This document shows, one piece after another, positions 1 through 7,868 of a DNA stretch of 52,979 nucleotides (position 1 is the first letter of the stretch; each line of letters begins with the position of its first letter). The position numbers were made by a program, and so were the translations under genes. The DNA is from a virus (taxonomy: Duplodnaviria > Caudoviricetes). The notes beneath the pieces were generated by a model. That model made no database searches. It saw nothing but the letters and a program-made list of their open reading frames with translations, and was not told the origin of the DNA. Location: the IMG/VR virus record IMGVR_UViG_3300031364_000003, positions 1 to 52,979 of that record; one strand, written 5' to 3'.

Positions 1-127
1 AAATAAATGTAAATATCTTATATTTATCCTATATTATGTCACGAAATGTAAATATATGGTAATTATTGTGGAGGGCTATGTACTAAAGGCTAGGGAATAT
101 AATTCGATAGTTATAAAACCCTCGAAT
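1..127 (+). repeat. Terminal direct repeat, identical to 52853-52979
   Basis: Exact 127-nt match; the length is typical of an assembler k-mer overlap on a circular contig. Confidence 0.95.
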
Positions 128-385
128 TCCTACCGAAATACTAGGGATTGGCTAGAATTTCCTTTTTTTTACAAAACCGACATAAATGTATAAATATTCA
201 TTATTATGCATAAATATACATGGGATATAATGCCATATCTCCTAAAATATGGGAATATAGCCTATTTCTGGCCTACAAATGGCTGGTAATATAAGGGAGA
301 TATATCCCAATGGCTTGATATCACAAGCTCACAAGGCTTTATCCTAATTATACAAAACTTTTATTTTGTATAATTGAGCATATTG

Positions 386-592
386 CCAATATATGGAAGG
401 CAGCTATCTCTATCTCTATATAGAAGGAATAATATACCAATTGCACTCAATCCCAGTTATACCAATGGATAGGGAGTGTATTTATCCTTATTACCTGGAT
501 TAGCTTGTTACCAATATATGGAAAGTAGTTATCTCTATCTCTATATAGAAGGAATTTATTGCCAATTGCACTCAATCCCAGTTATACCAATG
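386..592 (+). repeat. Two ~82-bp imperfect direct repeats (386-467 and 511-592)
   Basis: CCAATATATGGAA..TATCTCTATCTCTATATAGAAGGAAT..CCAATTGCACTCAATCCCAGTTATACCAATG occurs twice, 125 bp apart. Confidence 0.9.
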
Positions 593-869
593 TGTACAGC
601 GTGCAATTGTTGAAAAACGCTGTTATTTTCCTTATAACTGTTTTTCCCATATATTTGAAGATTTGCGGGAAATTTAAAAAACTGGTATTAAATGGAAGAA
701 ACCCAACCCAGAACAGCCGGCCACCCCCTTGATTCGCCCGGTTTCAACACATGCCGACCCCCCTTATATGCAGCCCCAAATATCCTCGTTCTCCGAAAAT
801 TTTTTGGGTTGCTATAGTCCAAATCCAATGATATACTAGTGACTATAAACATAAAGGAGAATAGAATCT

Positions 870-1055
870 ATGAAATGTAAATATACGATACCAGATGAAT
901 TATCATTAAGGGATAATAGATGTTGGAACGGATATTGTGAGATCTGTGGTAGGTATACTACATTTTGTGAAGAACTAAATAAATATATTTGCTGTTCTCC
1001 TAAATGCTGTATTAAACTAAAGGAGAATGGATATGGGGAAAATAAAAATCTCTAA
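870..1055 (+). CDS. Small Cys-rich hypothetical protein
   Basis: AAGGAG SD; CxxC motifs. Confidence 0.6.
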   Translation: MKCKYTIPDELSLRDNRCWNGYCEICGRYTTFCEELNKYICCSPKCCIKLKENGYGENKNL

Positions 1056-1347
1056 AATAGAAGGTTCTAACCCTGATGACATAGGCCGAGTATATGTAGA
1101 ATTAAAAGGTCAAAAAGTAGAAATCAGTGATAGTGATTTATTCTTCGTATTCTCATTTAACGAGGATAATAAGGACAAACTTCTTATGTTATCTAATGCT
1201 GATAGCCAAGAAGAATACTATAAGCTAAAGGCCATGATATTATTTATGTTAGATAAATGGGAACAAAAATTTGGAGAATATGAAATTATAAGTTCAGATG
1301 TAGGTTCTTGTTGGAATATAATAAGAGATCATAAAAATAAGAACTAA
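1027..1347 (+). CDS. Hypothetical protein (paralog of 1699-2004)
   Basis: AAGGAG SD; shares the LFFxF...L.L(S/T)NA pattern. Confidence 0.7.
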   Translation: MDMGKIKISKIEGSNPDDIGRVYVELKGQKVEISDSDLFFVFSFNEDNKDKLLMLSNADSQEEYYKLKAMILFMLDKWEQKFGEYEIISSDVGSCWNIIRDHKNKN

Positions 1348-1418
1348 GTGTCCTTAGTTCAATGGTAGAATAGTGGACTTTTAATCTATTGATGGGAGTT
1401 CAATTCTCCCAGGGCACA
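1348..1418 (+). tRNA. tRNA-Lys(TTT)
   Basis: Acceptor GTGTCCT/AGGGCAC; D arm GTTC..GAAT; anticodon loop CTTTTAA; T arm GGGAG-TTCAATT-CTCCC; no encoded CCA. Confidence 0.9.
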
Positions 1419-1439
1419 TAAATGAGAGGGAGTGTATTC

Positions 1440-1706
1440 ATGGCTAGACGACGCAATACTGGGACATATAGAAAACTTAAAAGTGGAGTTTACGAAATTT
1501 CAATAAGCTTAGGCTATGTTAACAATAAGCGAAAAAGGTTATATAGATATGTATATAAATACTCAGATGAAGAAGCTGAGCTTGAATTGTATAAATTTCT
1601 AAAGGAATATCAAAATATCAGAGTCAGCGATAAATCAGATTTTTTTAGAAAAAAGGGTATAAAATATCTTGAAGAACAAGTAATAAAGGAGTGTATTTAT
1701 GGATAA
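1440..1706 (+). CDS. Stand-alone integrase arm-type DNA-binding-like protein
   Basis: GTYRKLKSGVYEISISLG..KRKR..EEAE resembles tyrosine integrase N-termini; no catalytic domain; SD before ATG 1440. Confidence 0.55.
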   Translation: MARRRNTGTYRKLKSGVYEISISLGYVNNKRKRLYRYVYKYSDEEAELELYKFLKEYQNIRVSDKSDFFRKKGIKYLEEQVIKECIYG

Positions 1707-2004
1707 AGATATGAAGATAGCTATAGGAGCTATGGGAGACGGAGTCTATTCTGTATTTGGCGACAAAATAACTAAGGTGTCTGATTTACCTTTATTTTTT
1801 ATGTTTGCTCATTCTGGGAAAAGTGGAGATGATAATGTTCTATGTCTAACCAATGCAACTAAAGATAACATAGAAGCTATAAAAGAAGTATTCACAAGAA
1901 CTATAGAATCTTTAGAGATAGCTGTAGGCATAGCTCCTAATTTAACTGATTCAAGCGATATGTGCCAGGACATGGTAAAGAAACATATTTCAGGAGGGAA
2001 ATAA
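1699..2004 (+). CDS. Hypothetical protein
   Basis: AAGGAG SD; overlaps the upstream stop. Confidence 0.75.
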   Translation: MDKDMKIAIGAMGDGVYSVFGDKITKVSDLPLFFMFAHSGKSGDDNVLCLTNATKDNIEAIKEVFTRTIESLEIAVGIAPNLTDSSDMCQDMVKKHISGGK

Positions 2005-2297
2005 TGCCAAGGTATAATATTATATATAAAGATGGAGATATAGAGAAATATATGCATTTTTCTAGTATCACTGAATCTCCGTTAACCAATTTTATGGTTG
2101 ATGAAGATTATAAAGAGCTATATATACGAACATATTCTGAGGAAGCTTGGGAAAAATTTAAAGCTGGAAAGAGTAATATTATGACATTAGGAGAGGCTAT
2201 AAACAGGTATAATCTGAACAAGCCAGATTATGAACAGCTAACGAAAAAAGAATTTCTATATAAATTTCATTTCTATGACAATAAGGAGGATAAATGA
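2004..2297 (+). CDS. Hypothetical protein
   Basis: GGAGG SD; TAATG coupling puts the start at 2004. Confidence 0.7.
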   Translation: MPRYNIIYKDGDIEKYMHFSSITESPLTNFMVDEDYKELYIRTYSEEAWEKFKAGKSNIMTLGEAINRYNLNKPDYEQLTKKEFLYKFHFYDNKEDK

Positions 2298-2641
2298 CTA
2301 TATATCTAGAGAATGGCAATGGGGTTATAGGTCCTAGAGAGTACAAGACTCTTATAGAGAGCAAAGACTGTAGGGTATGTCAGTACGCAGTAAATATAGA
2401 CAAATGTACTGTAGCTTTCTGTGACTTTAAGCCATCAGCCCCTGTAACAAAGAGTCTAGGTGAAATGCAGAATTTATATCATACTATCTTAAAGCTTGAG
2501 CTATCAGAATCTAACTATGAAAGGTTCTATAGCTATTGGGATTTAGATTTTATTGGTAATTTTATTGATATGGAATTTTTGAAAGATGTAGCTATGTTAT
2601 TAAGGGACAAGTATAATATTGATGTAAAGAGGGAGATTTAG
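2294..2641 (+). CDS. Hypothetical protein
   Basis: AAGGAGG SD; coupled to the upstream ORF. Confidence 0.75.
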   Translation: MTIYLENGNGVIGPREYKTLIESKDCRVCQYAVNIDKCTVAFCDFKPSAPVTKSLGEMQNLYHTILKLELSESNYERFYSYWDLDFIGNFIDMEFLKDVAMLLRDKYNIDVKREI

Positions 2642-2643
2642 AT

Positions 2644-2856
2644 ATGAAGATATATAAGTACTTTATTAGCTTTATTGCTATATGTGTTTGTGAGCTTACG
2701 TGTGAAGAGTCAAATGGCTATGGAAATTTTATTTATAATACAAATAAGAGAATATTTGCCACAGAAGATATAAAAAAAACAGAAAAATTTATAGAAGAAA
2801 CAAAGGGCGTAAAAGATGTAGTTATCCTGAATATAAGTTATCTAGGTGAGGAATGA
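2644..2856 (+). CDS. Hypothetical protein
   Basis: GGAG SD; operonic spacing. Confidence 0.7.
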   Translation: MKIYKYFISFIAICVCELTCEESNGYGNFIYNTNKRIFATEDIKKTEKFIEETKGVKDVVILNISYLGEE

Positions 2857-2932
2857 AGGTTAAAGTTTATCTGCATTAGCTAGGAGTTATATGTATCAAG
2901 CGGAGGTTGTGGTGTTAAAATGAGAGTAACAT

Positions 2933-3005
2933 AGCAGATTAACCCAGTGGTTAGGGTGTAGGGTTCATAACCCTAAAGTCGCCGGTTCGAATCCGGCATC
3001 TGCAA
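2933..3005 (+). tRNA. tRNA-Met(CAT), initiator-like
   Basis: Loop TTCATAA; anticodon stem TAGGG/CCCTA with three G:C pairs; 1:72 A-A mismatch; T arm GCCGG-TTCGAAT-CCGGC. Confidence 0.9.
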
Positions 3006-3022
3006 TCTAGGGGAGTGTATTT

Positions 3023-3265
3023 ATGGATATCGTTGGGTTATATAAAACTATAGATATTTATACTGTTAGTGAAGATAAAGTATGCAGCAAAGGAGAATCA
3101 TTAATCTATGACCCTTTATGGAGAGTTACAGAACAAGATGGACTTATAAAAATTACAAAGTGTAAAGACATAGGGTCTCAAATAAAACTGGATAATATTA
3201 TAATGTACAGATGTGATAATGGACATTTAGATTTATATATAAAGGAACCTATAGAATGGGAATAG
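3023..3265 (+). CDS. Hypothetical protein
   Basis: GGGGAG SD. Confidence 0.7.
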   Translation: MDIVGLYKTIDIYTVSEDKVCSKGESLIYDPLWRVTEQDGLIKITKCKDIGSQIKLDNIIMYRCDNGHLDLYIKEPIEWE

Positions 3266-3277
3266 GGGGTGGTATTT

Positions 3278-3439
3278 ATGGCTAAATGTAAATGTGTTAG
3301 ATGTGGTAGGGAAACTTGTAATTTTGAACTGTGTGATATCTGTAGTCTTAAGATTGAATTGGCTAATGATTTATTATCCAAAGAAGAAATTCTTGAGCTT
3401 ATAAAGCTGCTTGAGGACTATATAAAAAGGCATAGTTGA
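3278..3439 (+). CDS. Small zinc-finger-like protein, 53 aa (absent from the ORF track)
   Basis: MAKCKCVRCGRETCNFELCDICS...; GGGGG SD. Confidence 0.6.
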   Translation: MAKCKCVRCGRETCNFELCDICSLKIELANDLLSKEEILELIKLLEDYIKRHS

Positions 3440-3464
3440 CATATGGCACAGTATGCTACAGGAA

Positions 3465-3811
3465 TTGATAAATCATAATAATTATGATATAATTAAATAT
3501 AGTTTTGAATTGCTACGGCTGGGAAATGTAGAGTTTTCCCAAATAAGGGATGGTTGCAGCTATCTCTTATTTTATTTAATCATTTGACATATGCTGTATC
3601 ATATGGTAAAATATAGATATATAGTAAAAACTTTCTTTTCTCCTTGAGGCCTATATGGCCTTTTTCTATGTTGACATGTTATATAGTCTATAGTATAATA
3701 TAACATGTAACTGGATTATTTTATTCAATATGATTTTTAGTAAATGACATTAGGGAATGGGCCTATATGGCCTTTTTCTATGTTGACATGTTATATAGTC
3801 TATAGTATAAT
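3465..3811 (+). promoter_or_regulatory. Four tandem sigmaA-type promoters (3465, 3584, 3671, 3783) separated by intrinsic terminators
   Basis: TTGATA or TTGACA, 17 bp, then TATAAT or TAAAAT; a terminator+promoter block of ~54 bp is duplicated at 3648-3701 and 3760-3813. Confidence 0.85.
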
Positions 3812-3853
3812 ATAGATGCTTTTAGTTTCTATATTTAAATGTTGCTTTTCAAT

Positions 3854-3928
3854 GGCCCCATAGTGTAATTACAGCATGCTGGTCTGTCAAACCAGAGGTG
3901 AGGGTGGGAGTCCTTCTGAGGGCCGCCA
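3854..3928 (+). tRNA. tRNA-Asp(GTC), non-canonical
   Basis: CTGGT-CTGTCAA-ACCAG anticodon arm; G73 followed by CCA; T loop TGGGAGT; one bulged base in the acceptor; no D-loop GG. Confidence 0.75.
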
Positions 3929-3935
3929 TATTCAT

Positions 3936-4006
3936 TAGGACGTAGTTCAACGTAGAACACTTGTCCCTAAAGACAGGAGATGAGGGCCAAAGCCCCTTCG
4001 TCCTAC
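3936..4006 (+). tRNA. tRNA-like RNA with an 8-nt anticodon loop containing CTA
   Basis: Perfect acceptor TAGGACG/CGTCCTA; D stem GTTC/GAAC; CTTGT-CCCTAAAG-ACAGG; T arm GAGGG-CCAAAGC-CCCTT. Confidence 0.7.
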
Positions 4007-4008
4007 TT

Positions 4009-4037
4009 ATAGACCTCTCTCGGTCTATTTTTTTTTA
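4009..4037 (+). terminator. Intrinsic terminator after the tRNA pair
   Basis: ATAGACC-TCTCTC-GGTCTAT plus T run. Confidence 0.85.
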
Positions 4038-4086
4038 TTCTTGCTTATAGACTATCTATGTTATATAATTTAATACGGGGCTAGAT

Positions 4087-4275
4087 ATGGACATAAGAAT
4101 AGAGATAGGCAAATGTGACTGTATCAACTGTGGTAAAAGTAACTGTGATTACCATATGATATTTAATATAGGTAATTATACATTTACGCTATGTCAGCCA
4201 TGTATAAATAAACTCACTAAGGGTATAACTATTTTAAGTGGTGAACTTGGGTATATAAAGGGGATAGAGCTATGA
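4087..4275 (+). CDS. Small zinc-binding hypothetical protein
   Basis: CxxC...CxxC; promoter TTGCTT-17-TATAAT at 4041-4069. Confidence 0.7.
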   Translation: MDIRIEIGKCDCINCGKSNCDYHMIFNIGNYTFTLCQPCINKLTKGITILSGELGYIKGIEL

Positions 4276-4508
4276 AGAAATTTGAAGATATAAAGACTGA
4301 GGATATAGAAATCACAAGTATAAATATGGAACATGGCTACTTGGCAATACACTGGAATATTAAAGGTTTTGGTTTTGGGATGACTGAGTTTTTTTTCAGG
4401 GATGGGAAGCTAGCAGCAGATACAGAAACTTTATGTTCTAAAGATGACAAGGAATTTATAGAAAAACTTATGACGAGATTCATACAGAAAGCTGAGGTTG
4501 TAGGATGA
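4272..4508 (+). CDS. Hypothetical protein (paralog of 4505-4783)
   Basis: ATGA coupling; shared W.I...G.T.F and S..DKE.IE motifs. Confidence 0.75.
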   Translation: MKKFEDIKTEDIEITSINMEHGYLAIHWNIKGFGFGMTEFFFRDGKLAADTETLCSKDDKEFIEKLMTRFIQKAEVVG

Positions 4509-4783
4509 TAAATAAAGGAGATATAGACTTTAAAGTTATAGATTTTAGAGATATTAAAGAAGATAAAGGTATGGTATCTGGAGATGTGGCTGTCTATTGG
4601 ACAATAGATAAGCTAAAAATTAATGGAGAGACTATCTTTTCAATAAGTGGAGAAGATGAATATTTTATCCGTATATGTTTAGATGGTAATGAAGATATGT
4701 TTTCTGATGAAGATAAGGAAATGATAGAACAGGAGATGCTATATTTTATACAGCATACAGAATTTAGATACAAGGAGGAATGA
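4505..4783 (+). CDS. Hypothetical protein
   Basis: ATGA coupling. Confidence 0.75.
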   Translation: MINKGDIDFKVIDFRDIKEDKGMVSGDVAVYWTIDKLKINGETIFSISGEDEYFIRICLDGNEDMFSDEDKEMIEQEMLYFIQHTEFRYKEE

Positions 4784-5535
4784 ATATGAAACTATATAGT
4801 CTATTGGCTATAGCGACAGAGAAAAAAAAGGACTTTGCTAGTATGTTAGCAGAGATACAAAATCTTTTCATATCTAAGAAACATAAATTTGAGGGGAAAG
4901 ATAAAATATATACACCTTATGATCCAGAGAGCTTGGACATAGCTGAAAACGAAGTGGTTAGAGTTGTAACCACGGTGAAAAATAAGCTAGAGTACTTCGA
5001 ACAATTTGCTATAGATGCTATAGATTTAGCTATTACTATAGAAGAGGGGAATGCAGGTGCAACTGCTGTTTTGTATGTAGACGGTATAAGTTTTGGACTA
5101 TATAGTCCTACGAGTTTGTTGCAGCTAGAGAAATATATAAATAAGCTTATAGCGCTTTATGAGGATATCCCTACTCTAGACAACAGTAAAAAATGGTATC
5201 CTGATGAGGCTACAGGGGAGGGATACCATAAAACTGACCCACTTACTCAATACAGAAGTGTTAAAGTTGATAAGGCATTTGTATCAGTCCCAGAATCTAA
5301 TAAATTCCAAGCTCAAGCAGAACGTATAAAGGTATCTGAGCAGGTTGGTACATATGAAACAGTGTTCAGGTCTGGGGCTATAACATCTAGCTCTAAAGCC
5401 AGAATGTTGTCTAGATTGAATAAAGTTAGAGATGGCGTTATAGAAGCTAGATGTAAAGCTAATGATATACAGGTTAATGAAACTAATATAGCTAAGCTTA
5501 TATTTGATTATGTCCACGGCAGAGACTTGACATAA
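4780..5535 (+). CDS. Conserved uncharacterised helical protein upstream of a structured ncRNA
   Basis: 251 aa; AAGGAGG SD; the motifs LLQLEK, IPTLD..W and SGA..K..L.R resemble (from memory, unverified) a family of unknown function in phages and bacteria. Confidence 0.8.
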   Translation: MNMKLYSLLAIATEKKKDFASMLAEIQNLFISKKHKFEGKDKIYTPYDPESLDIAENEVVRVVTTVKNKLEYFEQFAIDAIDLAITIEEGNAGATAVLYVDGISFGLYSPTSLLQLEKYINKLIALYEDIPTLDNSKKWYPDEATGEGYHKTDPLTQYRSVKVDKAFVSVPESNKFQAQAERIKVSEQVGTYETVFRSGAITSSSKARMLSRLNKVRDGVIEARCKANDIQVNETNIAKLIFDYVHGRDLT

Positions 5536-5555
5536 GAGTGTATTTATGATATATT
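5527..5555 (+). promoter_or_regulatory. sigmaA promoter for the ncRNA
   Basis: TTGACA-17-TATATT with TGn extension, overlapping the upstream stop codon. Confidence 0.75.
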
Positions 5556-5777
5556 TTTTTTGAGTAGGCTTAGGTTAAGATTCAAATTTAGATTTAGATT
5601 TAGATTTTACTCACTAGGCTGAAAAAAAGAACTCAGTTACGTATAAGATGGGTACATAATTAGAAACACCGGTTCAAATCCGGTTCCGGGGGCCATCTCC
5701 GGATAGTTCAGCTGAAAGAACGCTAATCGTCAGACTGATACCCTAACTATACTAAAAGGCTAAGTTTAAATTCTAAT

Positions 5778-5850
5778 AAGATTGTAGCTCAGTTGATAGA
5801 GCGTAACCCTATTAAGGTTAGTGTCCCAGGTTTAAATCCTGGCAATCTAT
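5778..5850 (+). tRNA. tRNA with ATT anticodon (nominal Asn)
   Basis: AGATTG/CAATCT acceptor; GCTC/GAGC D stem; TAACC-CTATTAA-GGTTA; CCAGG-TTTAAAT-CCTGG. Confidence 0.75.
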
Positions 5851-5859
5851 AAAATCAGT

Positions 5860-5895
5860 GGTGAAGTCCCAAGGCTAGGGGGCTTCATCTTTTTA
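5860..5895 (+). terminator. Intrinsic terminator
   Basis: GGTGAAGTCCC..GGGGCTTCATC plus T run. Confidence 0.85.
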
Positions 5896-6043
5896 AGTTT
5901 TTGATGCTTGACACGAGTACATATTAAATATATACTAATACTTAGTAACTTAATAAAGACTTTATCTTCTTTATATGCCCATACGTTTGTGGGTTTTTTT
6001 TTGTTGACAGAACATATAAAGAAGCGATATAATAATAGGAAAA

Positions 6044-6226
6044 ATGGAGATAGATATGGATAAAGAAACTAAAGTTTGTAAAAAATGTGGTGATGAGAAA
6101 AGTTTGTTTGAATTCCCGATAACCAGGAGTTATACGGGTAAAGCTAAGTACAGAAGACATATATGTAAAGAATGCTACAGAAAAGAAGCTAGGAGGAGAT
6201 ACCATGCAAGAAAAGTTCAATTTTAA
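6044..6226 (+). CDS. Small zinc-finger protein
   Basis: CKKC...F...CKEC, a motif common at HNH/EndoVII N-termini; promoter at 6004-6033. Confidence 0.7.
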   Translation: MEIDMDKETKVCKKCGDEKSLFEFPITRSYTGKAKYRRHICKECYRKEARRRYHARKVQF

Positions 6227-7022
6227 AGACACTATAGTCCTTGTATCTGATCTAAATGTAGATATGACCTATCAGGGTGAACTAAATGCTAAAGTTGTCC
6301 AAAAGATAGTTAGAGACTTTAGTTGGTTCGCATTTGGAGCTATCATGGTCAATATAAGAAAAGATGGCTCTATATATATAATTGACGGAAGACACAGGTA
6401 CGAAGCAGCCAAGCAACTTAGCTTTAAAGAAGTGCCTGCTAAAGTTGCAGAAAATCTAACATACCAGGAGGAAGCGACACTATGTAACTATATGTTAGCT
6501 AACAGAAGGACATATAGTATAGCAGAAAGCATGAAATCAGCCTTAATGGCTGGTGATGAAAAAATTGTAGCTATAAATAATATTCTTGAGAATAATGGTA
6601 TACATTTCGCCTTTAAAACAAACAGAGGAAGTAACTATAGAAAAAGAGGTAAACTTAGCTGTTTTAGCGCTTTAATTGGGATATATGATTCTAAAGGGCA
6701 TAAATTCTTTAGCGAGGTAATCTCTACTTTACATGATCTATGGTATTCAGATTTATATGGATGGCAGGAAGCGGCGTTAAAACAGCTTCCTATAAGAGGC
6801 CTAGCATTTTTTGTGTTCTACGGAATGAAGTCATCTCTATATGATAGAGATAGACTGATAAAGAAATGTGGAGGGATACCTAAAGCTGAGGAATACACGC
6901 TTGTGTCTAAACAAAATGCTTTATATGCTCCAGGAACTAAAGAAAAACATTTTGCCCTGGGAATGCTTAAAGACTATAACAATAAAGCTAGGATAAAACT
7001 GGACTTATCAAAATATAGTTGA
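6204..7022 (+). CDS. ParB/Srx-like N-terminal domain protein (DUF6551-like)
   Basis: YQ.EL...V..I..F...FG.I.V and YIIDGRHR motifs. Confidence 0.75.
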   Translation: MQEKFNFKDTIVLVSDLNVDMTYQGELNAKVVQKIVRDFSWFAFGAIMVNIRKDGSIYIIDGRHRYEAAKQLSFKEVPAKVAENLTYQEEATLCNYMLANRRTYSIAESMKSALMAGDEKIVAINNILENNGIHFAFKTNRGSNYRKRGKLSCFSALIGIYDSKGHKFFSEVISTLHDLWYSDLYGWQEAALKQLPIRGLAFFVFYGMKSSLYDRDRLIKKCGGIPKAEEYTLVSKQNALYAPGTKEKHFALGMLKDYNNKARIKLDLSKYS

Positions 7023-7182
7023 CATATGCTGTAGAATGTGGTAATCTAAATATGGTAATGAATATAGTAGGTTGATTAGTAGTTTTATTATGTTGATAGT
7101 ATCTTCCGGATACTTTTTTTTTATACATATCTTCCATTTATTTCTATATATGTGATATAATTAAATAAAAGGAGTTTTTTGC

Positions 7183-7866
7183 ATGATAGTAGCTCTAAAT
7201 GCTGGACATTGTATGAAAACAGCAGGTAAACAGGCTCCTGATGGATATAAAGAATATAATTTTAATATTGCTGTGGTAAAAAAGATAGCTAAAATTCTAA
7301 GTAGGCATGGTATCAAAGTTGTGATATGCAACCCAGATGACCCAAATAAGGAATATTCATTTACAAAAATAGCATCTATAGCTAATGAGGCTAAAGCCGA
7401 TATATTTGTATCTGTACATTTTAATGCTATGGGGAATACATGGTCTAAAGTTAGGGGTCTTGAAACATATTACTATAGAACTGGGAAAGATTTAGCAGAG
7501 TGTATTCAACAGTTTTTGCTTAAGGGCCAGCCTATGCCAAATAGAGGTGTCAAACAGGCTTCATTTACAGTACTGGTTAAAACAAATATGCCAGCGGCTC
7601 TGTGTGAATGTGGATTTATGGACAATAAAGTTGATAGAGCACTTATGGAGTCTGATTCATATAGAACGGAATGTGCTATAGAGATATCGCAAGGTATCCT
7701 AAAGTATCTAGGTGTTAAATATATTCCAGAGGGAACAGAAGATTCATGGAAACTTATTCTAAGGAAAGTTTCTGCATGGGCTGATTCTGTATGGATACCT
7801 TTTGTTGAAGAACACCCGGAGGTGAATCTTAAAGGGCTAATAACTAAATTATATAGGGGTGGATAG
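7183..7866 (+). CDS. N-acetylmuramoyl-L-alanine amidase (Amidase_3) endolysin
   Basis: LNAGH, E.FN, FVSVHFNA, PAALCECGFMDN. Confidence 0.92.
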   Translation: MIVALNAGHCMKTAGKQAPDGYKEYNFNIAVVKKIAKILSRHGIKVVICNPDDPNKEYSFTKIASIANEAKADIFVSVHFNAMGNTWSKVRGLETYYYRTGKDLAECIQQFLLKGQPMPNRGVKQASFTVLVKTNMPAALCECGFMDNKVDRALMESDSYRTECAIEISQGILKYLGVKYIPEGTEDSWKLILRKVSAWADSVWIPFVEEHPEVNLKGLITKLYRGG

Positions 7867-7868
7867 AT

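Larger units (their letters stand above)
5562..5895 (+). ncRNA. Structured ncRNA: hexamer-repeat loop, permuted tRNA-like domain (5659-5727) and a downstream tRNA
   Basis: Bounded by a promoter and a terminator, no ORF; the T arm precedes the acceptor hairpin and D arm. Confidence 0.8.

Noticed and set aside
5659-5727. Two-piece (permuted) tmRNA
   Set aside because: It has a full D stem, the acceptor and discriminator do not match the alanine-type tmRNA ends, and no tag reading frame is evident
6204-7022. ParB-like gene as evidence of plasmid partitioning or of DNA hypermodification by the neu cluster
   Set aside because: No ParA and no base-modifying enzymes were recognised, and it is transcribed separately from the neu genes; not excluded but unsupported
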